DNA of 62,269 nt, counting the filler, from Gemmatimonadota bacterium (GTDB lineage Bacteria; 4572-55; J002): NCBI GenBank assembly GCA_003697105.1. It is 5 parts of 5 records of this genome, joined end to end, with 100 filler letters (N's around TTAATTAATTAA, not from the genome) between each part and the next. Parts side by side here need not be neighbours in the genome. Positions count along the whole stretch, not along the records: positions 59,254 to 62,269 come from RFFQ01000081.1; 4 more parts are not named here. One strand, written 5' to 3'. Made by a program: the position numbers and the translations under genes. Below the pieces are notes generated by a model, which was not told the origin of the DNA, did not search any database, and was given only the letters and a program-made list of their open reading frames with translations. Below, one piece after another: positions 59,274 to 62,269 of the stretch (its first letter is position 1; each line of letters begins with the position of its first letter).

Positions 59274-62026
59274 CAATGCGCTTCCAGCCAATTTTTACCA
59301 GTACCGATCTCGACTTTCAGTGGTACGCGCAGTTTCATGGCAGATTCCATTAATTCCTTGATTTGGGGTTGAACTTGATCCAACTCATGGAGGGGCACAT
59401 CAAATAGTAATTCATCATGAACTTGCAACACCATTTTGGTCTGTAATTGTTGTTCATCCAAATACTGTTGAATGTGGAGCATCGCTAATTTGATAATATC
59501 GGCGGCACTACCCTGAATGGGGGTATTGATCGCCATGTTTTCCGCGAAGGTATCGTCCCGTCGATTTTTGGGGTTGAAATGGATGAGCCGCCGCCGTCCG
59601 CTAAGGGTTTTAGCGTACCCGCAGACGCGTGCCTCGCGGACAGCTTGCTCAATATAAGTTTTGATACCGGCATACGTTGCAAAATAATTTTCGATGAATT
59701 CCTTTGCTCGTTGTTGTGGAATACCCATATCCCGCGCCAGCCGGCGTTGACCCATGCCATACATCACCCCAAAATTGACAATTTTCGCCTGCCGGCGCAT
59801 ATCCGCATCCACTTGATCTTCTGGGACATTAAACACTAACGAGGCGGTGTGCGTGTGGATGTCCCGATCCATTTGAAAGGCATTAATCAGCTTGGGATCA
59901 CCGGAGAGATGCGCCATCACCCGGAGTTCAATCTGGGAATAATCCGCCGAAAGAAGCACATGTTGATCATCGGTTGCTACAAATGCGGAACGCACTTCCT
60001 TGCCGCGAGCACTGCGAATCGGAATATTTTGTAAATTCGGATCGCGGCTGGCAAGCCGTCCGGTTGCCGCACCAGTCTGAATCAGCGAGGTATGAATCCG
60101 CCCGGTTACCGGATGGATATAGTTCGGGAGCGCATCAACATAGGTGGATTTGAGCTTAGCAAACTCCCGGTACTCCAAAATACGCTGGGGTAATTCATAC
60201 TCTGTTGCCAGTTCTTCTAACACAGCCGCATTGGTGGAGGGCACCCCTTTGGCCGTTTTTGTTTTAACGGGCATACCCAGTTTATCAAACAAAATGGCGC
60301 GCAACTGCTGGGTGGAATTGATGTTAAATTCCTCACCAGCAAGCGCGTAAATCTCGGACTCTAACTCGCTCAGTTGGGCCTCCAGTTCCACCGAAATTTT
60401 GCTTAATAAGCTCGTATCCACCTTGATCCCGTTCATTTCGATCCGGGCGAGGGTGTACGTCAAGGGGATTTCAATCTGCTCAAAGACGGTTTTTAGGTTC
60501 AGGGATTCAATTTTGGGGGCAAGTTCGTGTTTTAGGCGCAGGGTAATATCGGCATCTTCGGCGGCGTAGGGTGTCGCCTCCGCAATGGGCACCTCCGAAA
60601 ATAAAATCTGTTTTTTACCCGTGCCGATTAACTCCTTGATTTTGATGGTGGTGTGGTGAAGATAGTGTTGCGCCAAAAAATCCATGCCATGCTCACTACC
60701 GGGGTCGATTAAAAAAGCGGCGATCATGGTATCCCAGATATTTTGAATGGATTCAATTCCGGCACGGTGCAAGACGATCCAATCATATTTAAAGTTCTGG
60801 AAGATTTTGAGTTTTGTAGGATCGGCTAACAACGGGCGCAGTTGGTTGAGGACGAATGTTACCGGTACATTTTGCCCTTCCACGTGCGCCACGGGAATAT
60901 ACACCCCGGTGTGCGGCTGGATGGAGATAGAGAGTCCAACTAAATCCGCTTTCATCGGGTCTTCGGAGGTCGTTTCGGTATCCAGCGCAAATTCCGTAAC
61001 CGTTTGCAATTGGTCGATCAACTGGCGGACACCGGCTTCGGTATCGATGGTGCGGTAATTTGTTTTAGTGGTAGGGGATGTTCCAAAATCCAGTTGGAGT
61101 TCACCGGTCGAGGTCTGAGGCATGGATACCGGTTTTTGTTCCAACCAGTTTGTGTGCCGGTCGATGAGTTCTCGCCGTAGGTGGCGGAAATCAAGATGGG
61201 TAAATAACTCGATCAGGCGGTCAATGTTCCAGTTGCCCAATTGGAGATGTGGCAAGTCAAGTTCCACCGGAGCGTTGGTCTCAATGGTGACAAGTTTTTG
61301 GCTGAGGTACGCTTGTTCTTTGTTTTCCATCAAGCCGGTGCGAACCCGCTTATTTTTGATGTTCGCGGCATTTTGGAGGATGGTTTCCAGATCACCGTAT
61401 TCCGCTAGAAGTTTGACCGCCGTTTTCGCGCCAACGCCGGGCACGCCGGGTACATTATCCGAGCTATCTCCCAACAGCGCCAGATAGTCCACAATTTGGG
61501 AGGGTTTTACCCCGTATTTTTCCATCACACCGCGGACATCTAAGACTTTTGCCCCCTCACCCCGTTTGCCCGGTACGTACATTTTGATGTGATCATTGAC
61601 TAATTGCGCCATATCTTTGTCACTTGTAACCAGATAGACCTGCAACCCTGCCGCCGCTCCTTTGACTGCCAATGTACCCATTAAATCATCTGCCTCGTAA
61701 CCCTCCACGCGTAGCGATGGGATGTTAAAACCCTCTACCACCCGGTCAATATAAGGCAATTGAGCGATCAGCTCATCCGGCATGGCGGCGCGGTTGGCTT
61801 TGTATGCCGGATATTGCTCGTGCCGGAAAGTCGGTGCGGCTGTATCGAATGCCACCGCAATGTAATCCGGTTTTTCGTCTTTGATCAGATTCCAGATGGT
61901 GTTGGTGAAGCCAAAAATAGCGCTGGTATGTTCCCCTTTGCTACTGATCAGCGGGTTGCGGATAAAGGCAAAATGTGCGCGGTAAAAAATGGCGGGTCCA
62001 TCAATAAGATAAAGTGTTTTTTTCAT
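59273..62026 (-). CDS. polA: DNA polymerase I
   Basis: 5'-3' exo (EADD, DKD, GDSSDNVPGV); 3'-5' exo (DTET, YAAED); DYSQIELR, KIVNFGVMYG, QVHDE. Confidence 0.98.
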   Translation of the reverse strand: MKKTLYLIDGPAIFYRAHFAFIRNPLISSKGEHTSAIFGFTNTIWNLIKDEKPDYIAVAFDTAAPTFRHEQYPAYKANRAAMPDELIAQLPYIDRVVEGFNIPSLRVEGYEADDLMGTLAVKGAAAGLQVYLVTSDKDMAQLVNDHIKMYVPGKRGEGAKVLDVRGVMEKYGVKPSQIVDYLALLGDSSDNVPGVPGVGAKTAVKLLAEYGDLETILQNAANIKNKRVRTGLMENKEQAYLSQKLVTIETNAPVELDLPHLQLGNWNIDRLIELFTHLDFRHLRRELIDRHTNWLEQKPVSMPQTSTGELQLDFGTSPTTKTNYRTIDTEAGVRQLIDQLQTVTEFALDTETTSEDPMKADLVGLSISIQPHTGVYIPVAHVEGQNVPVTFVLNQLRPLLADPTKLKIFQNFKYDWIVLHRAGIESIQNIWDTMIAAFLIDPGSEHGMDFLAQHYLHHTTIKIKELIGTGKKQILFSEVPIAEATPYAAEDADITLRLKHELAPKIESLNLKTVFEQIEIPLTYTLARIEMNGIKVDTSLLSKISVELEAQLSELESEIYALAGEEFNINSTQQLRAILFDKLGMPVKTKTAKGVPSTNAAVLEELATEYELPQRILEYREFAKLKSTYVDALPNYIHPVTGRIHTSLIQTGAATGRLASRDPNLQNIPIRSARGKEVRSAFVATDDQHVLLSADYSQIELRVMAHLSGDPKLINAFQMDRDIHTHTASLVFNVPEDQVDADMRRQAKIVNFGVMYGMGQRRLARDMGIPQQRAKEFIENYFATYAGIKTYIEQAVREARVCGYAKTLSGRRRLIHFNPKNRRDDTFAENMAINTPIQGSAADIIKLAMLHIQQYLDEQQLQTKMVLQVHDELLFDVPLHELDQVQPQIKELMESAMKLRVPLKVEIGTGKNWLEAH

Positions 62027-62042
62027 AAAGTATCTTTCTGTT

Positions 62043-62269
62043 CAATACCTTCGCCAAAAGTGACCTTTTAGGCTGTATGAATAGCGCCAATTCCGGCGAG
62101 ATGGTTTTTGATTTGTTGAATTAAAATTGGGTGACCCAATTCCTGAACGAATTTTAATGTTTCCCTGAGGTATTTCAGACCTCTGTACTGAGCTTTAATA
62201 TCAATTACATACGCATTTGGCAGATGGTTCCGGAGTTCTTTGGTCATGGTCTGTGAGAGATTGACCCTC
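62043..62269 (-). mobile_element. Right end of an IS with transposase C-terminus (CDS 62068..>62268), probably IS4-like DDE
   Basis: Open frame RVNLSQ...VIDIKAQYRGLKYLRETLK...PILIQQI...GIGAIHTA* resembles a DDE transposase C-terminus (from recall). The stop is 8 bp from the terminal repeat CAATACCTTCGCCAAAA. Confidence 0.7.

Overview
This window concatenates five contigs of a draft or metagenome-assembled bacterial genome, joined by 100-bp N/TTAATTAATTAA/N linkers at 8261-8360, 38556-38655, 49567-49666 and 59154-59253. Adjacency across the linkers is not biological evidence. The organism is a diderm (LolC/E, LptE, an OM beta-barrel), and four secreted proteins end in a FlgD-Ig/T9SS-like sorting domain, which suggests an FCB-superphylum lineage (inference). 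Contig 1 has a 1661-aa kinase-STAND ATPase-TPR-GAF-sigma54 activator. Directly downstream is a recognisable sigma54 promoter region (two TGT-N11-ACA boxes, an IHF-like site, -24/-12) ahead of genes for a lipoprotein, an OM beta-barrel and a beta-helix protein. Contig 2 has a Reeler-like secreted protein, an 11-subunit nuo operon without nuoEFG, an M1 aminopeptidase, a 2261-aa repeat/Ig/dockerin/cohesin protein, an EamA transporter and a receiver-rich signalling cluster. Contig 3 has dapA, a YqiJ-like gene, cheB, cheR-TPR, a LEA-2 lipoprotein, lolC/E, a PduO-type adenosyltransferase, MEMO1/AmrB and a second dockerin-cohesin protein. Contig 4 has an IS end, a PEGA kinase, holA, vanZ, a GT2, a probable chromosomal dif site, an amidase, lptE, a UDG and an RND adaptor fragment. 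Contig 5 has polA with an IS end 16 bp upstream. All calls come from motif reading; no searches were run.
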